The notes under the pieces: model-generated
The model's database searches: none
What the model was told of the DNA's origin: nothing
Seen by the model: only the letters and a program-made list of their open reading frames with translations
From: a virus
DNA length: 64,000 bases
Reading direction: 5' to 3' (one strand)
Virus record (IMG/VR): IMGVR_UViG_3300045988_148502
Shown: piece by piece, positions 16,863 through 26,032 of the stretch
Layout: each line of letters opens with the position of its first letter
Numbering within the stretch: the first letter of the stretch is position 1
Program-made: the position numbers and the translations under genes

Positions 16863-19559
16863 ATGATTAAAGAAATAAAATACAACGGGTATTCTGCCAA
16901 CCCATCGGACTATGAGTGCGCCGATGGGGACTTGGCAACATCGATAGGTGTTATTCCCGAAAACGGTGCACTTAAACCCATATTGCCGCCATCCGAAGTA
17001 TTACAATTCAAAGGTGGTGATTCGGTTATGTATATTCATAAATCGGCTAACTTCAAGCACTATATCATCTTTAACAACAATTCTATCAGTTGGTGGAATG
17101 GTTCTGACGCACATCAGCCTGTTTTTCTTCGTTCATTTAACGAGGTATATCAGGTAACAGCTATTGGCAATACGCTTCTCATCTTGTCAACTGACGGTAT
17201 GCATTATTTTCTATGGAAAGGAAATAATGACGGATATTTATATCTTGGTACAAAAATACCTGAATGCCCACTTTCATTTGGGTTGCAGGGTGAAATGGTT
17301 CGGACAGATGAATTTTCAATATCATTTGATGCTATTAGTGAAGGCAGCATTTGGAATGAATTCTCTGATAACAATAAAACGCGAATTACAGACCAAGTAC
17401 TTGCCCATATCAATAAATTTATTGCTGAAAGGTCTACAAATAAGGGCAAATTCATTTTTCCTTTCTTTGTAAGATACGCCTATCGGCTATACGATGGAAC
17501 ATTGACAATGCACTCGGCTCCGATTCTGATGATTGCTTCATCAGACCTTGCACCGCAAGTTTTTTGGACACACCTGACGGGAAAGGGAAAGTATACAGAT
17601 GCGCAACTTCGAATATGTGGAATGATACACGACCTTGATTGTGCCGTTGTTCTTCAGTCTCGCCTTGATATGCTTAAAAATTGGAAAGATATAGTTCGAT
17701 CTGTTGATGTGTTTGTTTCAAAACCTATTTATACTTATGACCAAAACGGAAAATGTACAAGATTTGCACAATCGGAAAACTATAATTCTTATTGTGTATG
17801 CAAACATATAAATCAAGCAGCTTCTACCTCCAAATTTCCAATTCGTTATCAACATCATACATTCAATAAACTATATGCCTTTACATTTGACCCCAACGGA
17901 CTGACTTATCCAAGTGGACGTTTGATGATTCCTCGTAGAAGTATTGATGATGTAAAAGAGGATATTCGTTCAACATCGCAATTCTACCTGCTTGAAAGTC
18001 TCCGTATTGAACAACTTTCCACTACACGTACAAAACTGGTAATCGAAGAAGATTATCTACAGTCATTGGTAACACGAGAAGTTATGACAGATGATTATGA
18101 CAGTCATGATAAATTGCTTCCACATTATTCGTTTGTTTATAATTCAAGACTTAACATCGCAAACATTCAAAAAGAATTATATAACTTGTATAACACAGGA
18201 GCGATGATTACATATACCAACGGATATGTTGCTAATTTTGATGGAATGTCCCCTACTTATTTTGATGGAACAATGCCTGTTTCTGTATACTTCTATATCA
18301 AGCAGGATGGTCGGGACATAGTGGTCAATGGAGAATCTTATCAAGCGTCAATATTGGATCCGCCATTGCTGTTTTTGTTCTACCCTAATATAAACGCATA
18401 CAAAGCAGTTATTGTGACGCATTATGGATTACCACAATATTATGAAGTGCCACTTGAACAGCACAAATTCCTTAACGGAGCTTTTTATTTTGCCGGTTGG
18501 GAAAATCCTCCGACAGGACTTAGTGATTATCCTACAGCAAGTCCCCGTGAACAGCGAATAATTGATTTACCGAACAAAATATACACATCGGAAATCAATA
18601 ATCCATTTCACTTTCCGGTTCTCGGTATCAATACAATAGGTACTGGCACTATTCTTGGTATATCTTCAGCTGTAAAAGCTTTATCAGAGGGACAGTTCGG
18701 TCAGTTTCCACTTTATGCTTTTACATCAGAAGGTGTATGGGCCTTAGAAGTATCAAATACGGGATCATACTCAGCACGGCAACCTGTAACACGGGAGGTT
18801 TGTATAAATACGAACAGTATCACACAAATTGATAATGCAGTGCTGTTTGCCACCAATAGAGGTATTATGCTGATAAGTGGTTCTACTGTGCAGTGCATAT
18901 CAGAAAGTTTAAATGCGGAAGATTTGTTTTCTATTTCTGATTTGCCAAGATCGGATAAACTTCTATCAGTTTATAATGGAAAAGCAAGCGAAAATGAACG
19001 AACGGCTCTTGACGATATTGCTATGATTCCGTTTTTTGATTTTCTTGCCGCTTGCCGGATGATATATGATTATACCAATCAGCATATCATTGTGTATAAC
19101 CCGGCTGTACGCTATGCTTATGTGTTTTCGTTGAAGTCAAAGCTTTGGGGAATGATGCTGTCAGACATAGTGAACAATGTCAATTCGTATCCGGAAGCAT
19201 TAGCAATGGCTGACGGAAACAGACTTGTGGATTTTTCTACATCATCTGCTGAAAACATAACGGCATTAGTGGTTACCCGCCCTTTCAAAATGGATGAGCC
19301 AGATGTGTTCAAGACGATAGATACCATCATTCAACGTGGATATTTTAAGTCGGGACATGTAGTACAAGTACTGTACGGTTCGAATGATTTGTTTAATTGG
19401 CATACTGTATGGAGCAGTACAGACAAATATATGCGTGGTTTCAGAGGAACACCGTACAAAGCATTTAGAATTGCACTCATTTGTACACTTGACAAATCCG
19501 AAAGCCTGTTAGGATTTAGTGTCCAGTTCAATCCCCGTATGCTCAACAGACTACGATAA
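16863..19559 (+). CDS. large hypothetical protein (898 aa), possibly virion-associated
   Basis: Long uninterrupted ORF. The start at 16863 (MIKEIKYNG) lies just after the upstream stop. Last gene before the converging late block. No motif recognised. Confidence 0.6.
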   Translation: MIKEIKYNGYSANPSDYECADGDLATSIGVIPENGALKPILPPSEVLQFKGGDSVMYIHKSANFKHYIIFNNNSISWWNGSDAHQPVFLRSFNEVYQVTAIGNTLLILSTDGMHYFLWKGNNDGYLYLGTKIPECPLSFGLQGEMVRTDEFSISFDAISEGSIWNEFSDNNKTRITDQVLAHINKFIAERSTNKGKFIFPFFVRYAYRLYDGTLTMHSAPILMIASSDLAPQVFWTHLTGKGKYTDAQLRICGMIHDLDCAVVLQSRLDMLKNWKDIVRSVDVFVSKPIYTYDQNGKCTRFAQSENYNSYCVCKHINQAASTSKFPIRYQHHTFNKLYAFTFDPNGLTYPSGRLMIPRRSIDDVKEDIRSTSQFYLLESLRIEQLSTTRTKLVIEEDYLQSLVTREVMTDDYDSHDKLLPHYSFVYNSRLNIANIQKELYNLYNTGAMITYTNGYVANFDGMSPTYFDGTMPVSVYFYIKQDGRDIVVNGESYQASILDPPLLFLFYPNINAYKAVIVTHYGLPQYYEVPLEQHKFLNGAFYFAGWENPPTGLSDYPTASPREQRIIDLPNKIYTSEINNPFHFPVLGINTIGTGTILGISSAVKALSEGQFGQFPLYAFTSEGVWALEVSNTGSYSARQPVTREVCINTNSITQIDNAVLFATNRGIMLISGSTVQCISESLNAEDLFSISDLPRSDKLLSVYNGKASENERTALDDIAMIPFFDFLAACRMIYDYTNQHIIVYNPAVRYAYVFSLKSKLWGMMLSDIVNNVNSYPEALAMADGNRLVDFSTSSAENITALVVTRPFKMDEPDVFKTIDTIIQRGYFKSGHVVQVLYGSNDLFNWHTVWSSTDKYMRGFRGTPYKAFRIALICTLDKSESLLGFSVQFNPRMLNRLR

Positions 19560-19612
19560 ATGAAACATATAGGTCAGTTATTTTTAAGGTTATCAGATTG
19601 TTTATAAGGAGA

Positions 19613-19645
19613 AAGAGCCGGTATGCGTGATGCACCCCGGCTCTT
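19613..19645. terminator. bidirectional hairpin terminator between the converging + and - blocks
   Basis: 9-bp GC-rich stem AAGAGCCGG (19613-19621) / CCGGCTCTT (19637-19645) with a 15-nt loop, between the stops at 19559 (+) and 19654 (-). Confidence 0.6.
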
Positions 19646-19653
19646 GTCTATTC

Positions 19654-20199
19654 TTAAAACGGTTTTAGTTTTCGTCTTATCTTGCCTTTTCGTGAAACAA
19701 GGGAAGTCTGTATCTTGATTCGGATATTTCGGGCTTTATCTTCCCAGTTGGCTTGGCTGCCTGGATTTGTTATGCTCATCCAGTCGGCAAGGACCTTGCA
19801 GACCATATATTCGTGTATCAGATGTTTCAGCAACTTCACGGTAGACAATGAAAATTCCACAGGCAAAACAAGGGTTATGAGGTATTCTTCCGGCACGGTC
19901 ATAACATTATCAAGGGGTTCCTGCTTATCGGAAATTTCTTCTTTCGTATAAGGAAACAACATTTCCACGCATTCAGAATGTACGAGGTTAAGTATTCTCG
20001 TAACTCTGTCCACATTACCGTCCTGACCGATGTCGAATACTTGATGTCTGGCGTGTTCATCTTCCGCTTGCATAATGTCGCCCTCTACAAAAGAATAATT
20101 CTCCGCATCGTAAAGCAGTTCTTCCCTTTTAAACACAAGTGTTACCGCTTTTGTTTTAGACTGGCTGTTTTGACAATATACCATAGGCTTGAACATCAA
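19654..20199 (-). CDS. hypothetical protein, paralog 3 of a tandem trio (181 aa)
   Basis: The C-terminal block ...VLADWMSITNPGSQANWEDKA...RKGKIRRKLKPF parallels the C-termini of the two upstream genes. Confidence 0.55.
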   Translation of the reverse strand: MMFKPMVYCQNSQSKTKAVTLVFKREELLYDAENYSFVEGDIMQAEDEHARHQVFDIGQDGNVDRVTRILNLVHSECVEMLFPYTKEEISDKQEPLDNVMTVPEEYLITLVLPVEFSLSTVKLLKHLIHEYMVCKVLADWMSITNPGSQANWEDKARNIRIKIQTSLVSRKGKIRRKLKPF

Positions 20200-20712
20200 T
20201 TAATCATAAGTCGGTCTTTCCGGACGGCTGCGTTTGTAGAGTGCACGCTTCACGTTTTCAAGACTCACCCCGGAGTGTTGTATATACGCATTGGCATCTT
20301 CCGGACTGGTTATGGCAAACCACTCTCCAAGTGCCATATCTACAAGATATGAATGTATGCCATTTCCCAGTGCGTCCGCCGAAGCGTTGTTATAGTTAGA
20401 CGGAAGCAAAAACTCCAATGAAAGTTTACCGTTATTATCTATCTCTTCATCCATCAGGTTATCGCTTGTTGTATTATCCTCATTGAGATACTCTCCAAGC
20501 AGACTTTTTAAAGAGGAAAAGGCATTGGCCAACGAACGACGTATCTGATAGCTGTTTTCATCGTCATCACTTGCTTGCATATTGGATGCGACTTGATAGC
20601 TCTTGCCGGCCGCTTCTCGTGCCTGTCCCGTCAAATACGCTTTGTTCTGAATATCATAGACAAGTTCTTTGACCTGTTGTGTCACGGTTAATGTTTTCTT
20701 ATTTTCTGCCAT
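20200..20712 (-). CDS. hypothetical protein, paralog 2 of a tandem trio (170 aa)
   Basis: C-terminal ...ALGEWFAITSPEDANAYIQ...ALYKRSRPERPTYD. Abuts the downstream gene with no gap. Confidence 0.55.
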   Translation of the reverse strand: MAENKKTLTVTQQVKELVYDIQNKAYLTGQAREAAGKSYQVASNMQASDDDENSYQIRRSLANAFSSLKSLLGEYLNEDNTTSDNLMDEEIDNNGKLSLEFLLPSNYNNASADALGNGIHSYLVDMALGEWFAITSPEDANAYIQHSGVSLENVKRALYKRSRPERPTYD

Positions 20713-20730
20713 AATATTTTGAATTAATGA

Positions 20731-21180
20731 TTATTCGTATGTCGGGCGCATGGGCTTTCTTTTGAAAAATGCCTTACGCATTATATCCTCCATATAGGTA
20801 GCAGCTTCCGTTGCATATCCGGCAGCTTCTTCCTTATTGGTAAACGTGTACCACTTTGCAGTGACATTCATCACGAAGAATGAAAACAAGCTACGCTGCA
20901 TACTTTCTTTTAGAGCTTCATCGAATGAATTCGACAGCCCCAACGAAAGCCTGTATTCACTGTCAGCTTCCGTTTCGTCAAGAAGCATTTTCTTTAAACT
21001 GTTGCATATGGTATTCTTACTCTCGCACCAAAAACGTTCAAGCATGCTTTTATCCTCATCCGTCGTAAATATACGATCGTAGGCAAGCTCATCATCCATT
21101 TTCGCACCGGTGTACGATGTGGTCTTTGCTACCTCTTCATATACTTTTTCCTTATTGACCGTTAATATAATATCTATCAT
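20731..21180 (-). CDS. hypothetical protein, paralog 1 of a tandem trio (149 aa)
   Basis: C-terminal ...VTAKWYTFTNKEEAAGYAT...AFFKRKPMRPTYE. Confidence 0.55.
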   Translation of the reverse strand: MIDIILTVNKEKVYEEVAKTTSYTGAKMDDELAYDRIFTTDEDKSMLERFWCESKNTICNSLKKMLLDETEADSEYRLSLGLSNSFDEALKESMQRSLFSFFVMNVTAKWYTFTNKEEAAGYATEAATYMEDIMRKAFFKRKPMRPTYE

Positions 21181-21182
21181 AA

Positions 21183-21731
21183 TCAGAAATCAAACAAATT
21201 ATACGATAAACCTACACTAAGACATGGAGAAAATTGCGGCGTTTCTCTCAGTGTTATTCCATATCCTACCTGTAGACTGATACTGAACTTTTTCTTCTTG
21301 GGTTTGGGATAATTACCTGTTACGGTCATTATATCACGCCCGGCAAAAAGTATCAGGCTGTCAAGTTGTGGATGAAAGCCACTTACATAAGCCCGATATG
21401 TGTCTGTTTCATACATCTTCTGCGTAATGGGGATTTCAACCTCAACACTGTCTTTGTCTTTATTTGGAGGTTTAGTCGTATCTGCTACGTCCGGAGTCTG
21501 TTTCGTACTATCCGGTTTTGCAGTAGGAAGAATCTGCGTGATGTATTTAATAACGGTACTATCCTTGGGTACAGGCTTGTAATAGGGTATGGTATCGAAA
21601 ACAGTTATTCTTGTGGTATCATTTATAGGTAACTTTTTATTCGATATGCAAAAACGCACATTAAAAAACAGTGATGTGAAAAATAATACCACAAACAATA
21701 TTGCTACAATATCTTTAAACCATTTTACCAT
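21183..21731 (-). CDS. membrane-anchored protein downstream of the endolysin, spanin-like candidate (182 aa)
   Basis: N-terminal TM (IVAILFVVLFFTSLFFNV). Pro/Thr/Lys-rich linker. Beta-rich C-terminus ending ...GLSYNLFDF (aromatic terminal residue). Start overlaps the amidase gene end. Confidence 0.45.
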   Translation of the reverse strand: MVKWFKDIVAILFVVLFFTSLFFNVRFCISNKKLPINDTTRITVFDTIPYYKPVPKDSTVIKYITQILPTAKPDSTKQTPDVADTTKPPNKDKDSVEVEIPITQKMYETDTYRAYVSGFHPQLDSLILFAGRDIMTVTGNYPKPKKKKFSISLQVGYGITLRETPQFSPCLSVGLSYNLFDF

Positions 21732-22320
21732 ACTTCTGAATATATCTGGTTATTGCCTCTACATGGGTTTTAACAATAGCTTGTTTGCCTTCTTCGGAAC
21801 AAAGGTACAGGACATCATCCTTGTTATCCTGAAAAAAGTTTTCCGTAAGTACAGCCGGGCATTTTGTCTTACTCAAAATATAGAAGTTTTCTTCCCAGTC
21901 AGGATCGTCGTCAGAATTATCTTTGCGTATTCTTTGACTGATAAAGTTTTTTTCAGCTTCTTCATACAAGAAAGTTGCCAGTTTATCAGCCTTTGTCTTG
22001 CCTTTCGATGTATAAGCGCTCCATCCTCTTGCGTTCATCCATTCTGCACCGTTTCCGGCAGCATTGCAGTGGATAGAAACAAGAACTACATTGGCCGTTC
22101 CATATCGTCCGCAAACTTCGTTTACACGCCTTGCACGTTCTGATAGTGGAACATCTACTGTTTCCCGAACAATGCGTTCGGCATCATAACCTCTTGCGGA
22201 AAGTTCATGTGCTATTCTATTTGCAATTTCACGTGCATAAGCATATTCACGCAACGAACCGTCAGGACTACGTTTTCCGGGAGTGTTTTCACCATGCCCG
22301 TTATCAATCAATATCTTCAT
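21715..22320 (-). CDS. N-acetylmuramoyl-L-alanine amidase (endolysin, Amidase_3-like; 201 aa)
   Basis: ILIDNGHGENTPGK, VSIHCNAAG and TENFFQDN correspond to the Zn-ligand and catalytic motifs of MurNAc-LAA amidases. Confidence 0.85.
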   Translation of the reverse strand: MKILIDNGHGENTPGKRSPDGSLREYAYAREIANRIAHELSARGYDAERIVRETVDVPLSERARRVNEVCGRYGTANVVLVSIHCNAAGNGAEWMNARGWSAYTSKGKTKADKLATFLYEEAEKNFISQRIRKDNSDDDPDWEENFYILSKTKCPAVLTENFFQDNKDDVLYLCSEEGKQAIVKTHVEAITRYIQKYGKMV

Positions 22321-22334
22321 ACTTATTTATTTGG

Positions 22335-22694
22335 TTAATATTCACTTGGTGGGACGCGGTCTGCACAACCATGTTTATTGCATTTCCGGAATTCCAGTGC
22401 TTGATTCTGAACGGCAAGCTCGCTGTTCTTTTCGCTTAGCTCGCGGATAGCGTCACGATACTTGGTTATCTCGGCGTAAAGGTGGTCAATTTTGGCGTCC
22501 AGTTCGACAACTCGCTTTTCCTTCTTCTCGTACAATTCTTTCCATTCAGCAGCATAAGCTGTGATGTTATCTGCTTCGGTTTTTTCAGCCTCGGCATCTG
22601 CCTTTTTCTTTTTGCTTCTAAGCAATAACAAGGGCAATATAACTAATGTGATGAGCGAACCGACAACTTGGATAATCGTGCTTAGTTGTTCCAT
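22335..22694 (-). CDS. N-terminally anchored coiled-coil protein, lysis accessory candidate (119 aa)
   Basis: TM segment VVGSLITLVILPLLLL, then a KKKK stop-transfer and a long coiled coil. Lies between the holin candidate and the amidase. Confidence 0.45.
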   Translation of the reverse strand: MEQLSTIIQVVGSLITLVILPLLLLRSKKKKADAEAEKTEADNITAYAAEWKELYEKKEKRVVELDAKIDHLYAEITKYRDAIRELSEKNSELAVQNQALEFRKCNKHGCADRVPPSEY

Positions 22695-22927
22695 ATTAAA
22701 GTTCCTTCTATTAGTTGTCCTATCATTGCTCCGGCTACTGTAAGACCAAAGTCAATCCAATCCCATCTACCGCCATGCACCTTGTCTTTATATTCCAAAG
22801 CACCTGCTGTCAAAACTCCGGCATACATTGCGGTAAACCAACCAAATGCAAAAATGCCGATAATCAGTCCTCCTATGAGGTGTTTCCACCTGTTACTCAT
22901 TCCGAGCCATTCAATCAACTTTTTCAT
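22682..22927 (-). CDS. holin candidate (81 aa, about 3 TM)
   Basis: Small and hydrophobic (LIGGLIIGIFAFGWFTAMYAGVLTAGAL; FGLTVAGAMIGQLI). Immediately upstream of the other lysis genes. Confidence 0.45.
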   Translation of the reverse strand: MKKLIEWLGMSNRWKHLIGGLIIGIFAFGWFTAMYAGVLTAGALEYKDKVHGGRWDWIDFGLTVAGAMIGQLIEGTLIWNN

Positions 22928-23417
22928 CGTTATTACTTTTTAAATTAAATACCGTCCAATCCACTTCATCCTTTTCTTTCCACCCTTCCTGAACAGTCTT
23001 TATCACATAGGCGCACGCTGCTTGGGAGAACGCAATAAAATCATCTGCATTCTCGAAAGTATGATAGATGGGCGTACCATCTTCCTGTTCATTGATTTTT
23101 AGAATAAGCGGATAAGGAATCTTTTCACTACGTTCTATAGCGGAAAAGTTTAATTGGTTTTCGGGTGAAAGATATACTGCTTTCCCGTTCCAGACAAAGC
23201 CGTTTATAATCTTTTCCTCCGTAGCCGTGTTTATAGCGGACACAACAAGTTCCTTGACTTCGGAAAGTGTGGGTTTATGGTCGAATGTATGCCGGTACTC
23301 CCAGCCATTCTCACTATTCTCATCATCTTTCCCGAAGCCATAAAACAGTATCCACTTGGAGCGTCCTGTACGTACAAGACAATCCTGCCGCTTCTTTGTG
23401 CCGTAAATCTTTTCCAT
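22911..23417 (-). CDS. hypothetical protein downstream of the DGR reverse transcriptase (168 aa)
   Basis: ORF track. Mixed alpha/beta-looking sequence, not Avd-like. Confidence 0.55.
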   Translation of the reverse strand: MEKIYGTKKRQDCLVRTGRSKWILFYGFGKDDENSENGWEYRHTFDHKPTLSEVKELVVSAINTATEEKIINGFVWNGKAVYLSPENQLNFSAIERSEKIPYPLILKINEQEDGTPIYHTFENADDFIAFSQAACAYVIKTVQEGWKEKDEVDWTVFNLKSNNDEKVD

Positions 23418-23484
23418 TGCATGAATTTTGATTTACGACAAAAGTAGCGGATACCGAGCGGATTAGTATGTTATCTTTTTCCCG

Positions 23485-24975
23485 TCAGGTAAAATTGTAT
23501 TTTCGTTTGCCTCCGTCAAACATTTCACATTTGAGAACTGTTTCAAATGGAAAGCCGTCCTCAATATCGCTGATTTGGTCAAGAATACCTTTCATCTCAA
23601 CCGATGCAGTAAAGAACTTTCCCCATTCTTGAGTCCTGGGATTGCGGAACGATACCAGATAACGGTCTTCCCCCTCTTTGGTGTCTATTCCTGTTTCAAA
23701 ATCATGTATCTCAATTGGAATATTTACGATGTCGCTCAAACGCATAACCTTGCCGGGAAAGCGTTTTTTTCCATCTGCTGGAGTGTACGTAACACCCATT
23801 TCGGAAAATTTCTTCATGTTGTTCTTGGTAAGTATATAAAATAAATGTTTGCAATCTGCATGGCAGGCCATACCCTTGAATGAACCGATTATTTGCTGTC
23901 TCCGTTTCCGTGATTTAATCTTGGAAAGTTTTCGGGCTGCATTTACTTTTGTCCGTTTTCGTAGCAATGTATAGTCGCCGTAGTTGACAAAGCCAAGGGC
24001 ATCCATACCGGAGGATATGGGAGCCACTTTTTCGCTTGGTTTTATTGTCAGCCCTATTTGAGCTGCTTCATAGTGTAGTTTGTCCCGCAATTTCCACAAA
24101 TCACGTTTACTCTCACCGAGAATAAAGATGTCATCACAAAAACGGAAGTAATGTTTTGCACCATATTCATCAATCATCCGGTGATCAATATCATTATGGT
24201 AAAGGTTTCCAAAGAATTGTGAGGAACGCAGTCCTTTGCTTATGCCATGCTTCCCGTTGGGATATAGTGCTTTGACAAAATTTTCAAGAATAGGCAATAA
24301 GACAGGGTCTCCGACATATCGCCTGATTGTGGAGATTAATATATCATGGTCAATACTGTCATAATATCCTTTATAATCGCTTTGATAATAATAGTGTATA
24401 TTGGGGTTCTCTGCCAATGTATCCTGCACCTGATGGAACAGACCATGCGGTCCGCGTCCTTGTATGGATGCAGCCGTTGTTTCTATCAATAGGGGTGAAA
24501 GATGCTTTTCCAACGGCTCCATAATCGCATTGCTTCCAATACGCTCTATGACTGACGGGGCTTGCACAATTCTTACTTTCGGTCCGTCATCCACAGTAAA
24601 CGACTTGAGGTTCTTTATACGGAATGTGCCGTTACCTATCTGTTCTTTCAGCGCATCAAGTATCTTATGCTTGTTTTTTACATAACGGGCCATTCTTGGT
24701 GAACATTCAATGCCATCTATTACAGCTATCTCTCTTTGCCGATTTCCGCTTCGGGTATCTGCACTTCTCAGATTTGCCATGACACGCTTGAATGACCTTT
24801 CCAAATTCTCATCGGATATAATCTCCGGTATGAGATTATATAACGGATAACAGACCGCAGTTGCAGCTACGGCCGGTTGGAATAAATCGTATATATCGCT
24901 GACCGCCTTCCGGTCTCGTGGGGAGTGGTCCAACCTCTCCCCACATGTGGTTAAAGATATGTTCCGGCTTTCCAT
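23485..24975 (-). CDS. DGR reverse transcriptase (496 aa) with about 150-aa C-terminal extension
   Basis: RT motifs: YYQSDYKGYYDSIDH, GLRSSQFFGNLY (the SQ motif typical of DGR RTs) and RFCDDIFIL (YxDD-type catalytic box). Lies 103 nt downstream of the TR. Confidence 0.9.
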   Translation of the reverse strand: MESRNISLTTCGERLDHSPRDRKAVSDIYDLFQPAVAATAVCYPLYNLIPEIISDENLERSFKRVMANLRSADTRSGNRQREIAVIDGIECSPRMARYVKNKHKILDALKEQIGNGTFRIKNLKSFTVDDGPKVRIVQAPSVIERIGSNAIMEPLEKHLSPLLIETTAASIQGRGPHGLFHQVQDTLAENPNIHYYYQSDYKGYYDSIDHDILISTIRRYVGDPVLLPILENFVKALYPNGKHGISKGLRSSQFFGNLYHNDIDHRMIDEYGAKHYFRFCDDIFILGESKRDLWKLRDKLHYEAAQIGLTIKPSEKVAPISSGMDALGFVNYGDYTLLRKRTKVNAARKLSKIKSRKRRQQIIGSFKGMACHADCKHLFYILTKNNMKKFSEMGVTYTPADGKKRFPGKVMRLSDIVNIPIEIHDFETGIDTKEGEDRYLVSFRNPRTQEWGKFFTASVEMKGILDQISDIEDGFPFETVLKCEMFDGGKRKYNFT

Positions 24976-25002
24976 TAATAAATATATATTATCATGCTGT
25001 TG

Positions 25003-25022
25003 CCGAGGCTCGAATCCCTCGG
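25003..25022 (-). other. hairpin in the TR-RT spacer
   Basis: CCGAGG-CTCGAATC-CCTCGG: 6-bp GC-rich stem with an 8-nt loop, inside the 103-nt spacer that should be part of the DGR RNA. Confidence 0.35.
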
Positions 25023-25078
25023 AGAATGGCGGTGGTAATCTCGTACCTGTGCAGGGTCTCCGATTAATTTAACCAACA

Positions 25079-25194
25079 GAATTTCAGACGCGCCCCGTAG
25101 TTCGTGTTCGAGTTCGATGAAGCGTTGTTCGCGTTCGCATAAGCGAGACCGCTGTTCGCATTCGAGTTGTTGCCGGACCGCAAAACACAACGGC
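25079..25194 (-). repeat. DGR template repeat (TR), 116 nt
   Basis: Matches 26091-26206 at 99 of 116 positions. All 17 mismatches are A in the TR sense strand. Non-coding position between the antitoxin gene and the RT. Confidence 0.95.
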
Positions 25195-25221
25195 GCGAGG
25201 GATTGTCCGCCTTTTATTTTT

Positions 25222-25533
25222 TTAAAGAGTTATGCTTCCTAAACCGGAAATACTCAAAGACGCCTTCATACCCATGGCCTTAAACACTCGCGCAATGGTG
25301 GAAAGGGTCAGATTACGTCCGCTTTCTATCTTGGATACTTGTGAACGCTGTACACCGATTTTTTGTGCCAATTCCTCTTGGGTCATGTTTTGGGATTTAC
25401 GGGCTTTTTTTATGGCTTCCCCAATCAAAAATGATTGCAATTCAGCTTCATACTTATCCCTGTGCGGTGTACCGACCTCACCTATATGTTTATCCTTAAC
25501 TTCATCAAGGGTATAAAATTTAATTGCTTCCAT
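25222..25533 (-). CDS. XRE-family HTH antitoxin, HigA-like (103 aa)
   Basis: QNMTQEELAQKIGVQRSQVSKIESGRNLTLSTIARVFKAMG is a classical XRE HTH. Lies 4 nt downstream of the toxin gene. Confidence 0.75.
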   Translation of the reverse strand: MEAIKFYTLDEVKDKHIGEVGTPHRDKYEAELQSFLIGEAIKKARKSQNMTQEELAQKIGVQRSQVSKIESGRNLTLSTIARVFKAMGMKASLSISGLGSITL

Positions 25534-25537
25534 ATAC

Positions 25538-25882
25538 TTATTTTTTTGAGTTGAAATATAATATTCTGACGGCTTCCGCCTTGTTTATCTCTTTGCGTGG
25601 GGTCTTTTGTGTTTTCTTCACAAATCCATGCGTGGCAATGACCAACGTTTCCGCGTCGGTGTCCCAAAAAGCCAACAGACGATATTGAATACCTTTATAC
25701 AGGGTGCGAAACTCCCAAATGTCAGTATCATCTAATTTCTTGAATAAATCTTTGTCCATATAACCATTGGCTACCTTATCTACATTATAGATAATTTTAT
25801 CCTTAACGTCTTGGCGCAGAGTGTCAAGAAATGCATCGGCTTCACTCGACATTATTACTTTGAATCTCGTTTTCAATTCCAT
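25538..25882 (-). CDS. RelE/ParE-superfamily toxin, HigB/Gp49-like (114 aa)
   Basis: ...DIWEFRTLYKGIQYRLLAFWD...LVIATHGFVKKTQKTPRKEINKAE... matches the Gp49/HigB pattern. Toxin-first gene order. Confidence 0.7.
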   Translation of the reverse strand: MELKTRFKVIMSSEADAFLDTLRQDVKDKIIYNVDKVANGYMDKDLFKKLDDTDIWEFRTLYKGIQYRLLAFWDTDAETLVIATHGFVKKTQKTPRKEINKAEAVRILYFNSKK

Positions 25883-25902
25883 ATCTTATATCATTCACAA
25901 TG

Positions 25903-25910
25903 CAAATATA
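25903..25910 (-). promoter_or_regulatory. possible -7 box (TATATTTG on the - strand) for the toxin-antitoxin pair
   Basis: TAnnTTTG match about 20 nt upstream of the toxin ATG (25882). No convincing -33 TTTG. Confidence 0.25.
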
Positions 25911-26006
25911 GTGAAAATGTTCTATATATGGAACGTTTTACAGACAAAAATACAACCACATAAAAATTAGTTTCAAAAATCGACTCGCTTACGCGAGAAA
26001 AAGAAA

Positions 26007-26032
26007 GAGGGAGCAGCCTACGGCTCTCCCTC
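26007..26032 (-). terminator. hairpin plus T-tract downstream of the VR-bearing gene (terminator and/or DGR cis hairpin)
   Basis: 11-bp stem with one bulged C (26007-26018 / 26022-26032) and loop TAC. On the - strand it is followed by TTTCTTTTTCT. Lies 32 nt past the stop at 26064. A second small hairpin, CTCGC-TTAC-GCGAG, sits at 25984-25997. Confidence 0.55.

Noticed and set aside
21589-22143. 184-aa + ORF antisense to the amidase and spanin-like genes
   Set aside because: It lies opposite a gene with clear amidase motifs and has a low-complexity hydrophobic translation.
25003-25078. Whether the TR-RT spacer encodes a small accessory protein
   Set aside because: There is no ORF with a start codon in the - strand sense orientation. 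The spacer contains a GC-rich hairpin and is more plausibly part of the structured DGR RNA.
24975-25190. 71-aa - strand ORF covering the template repeat (MCFAVRQQLECEQRSRLCEREQRFIELEH...)
   Set aside because: It is simply an off-frame translation of the non-coding TR and the TR-RT spacer. Its resemblance to the 86-aa ORF at 26068-26328 only reflects TR/VR nucleotide identity.
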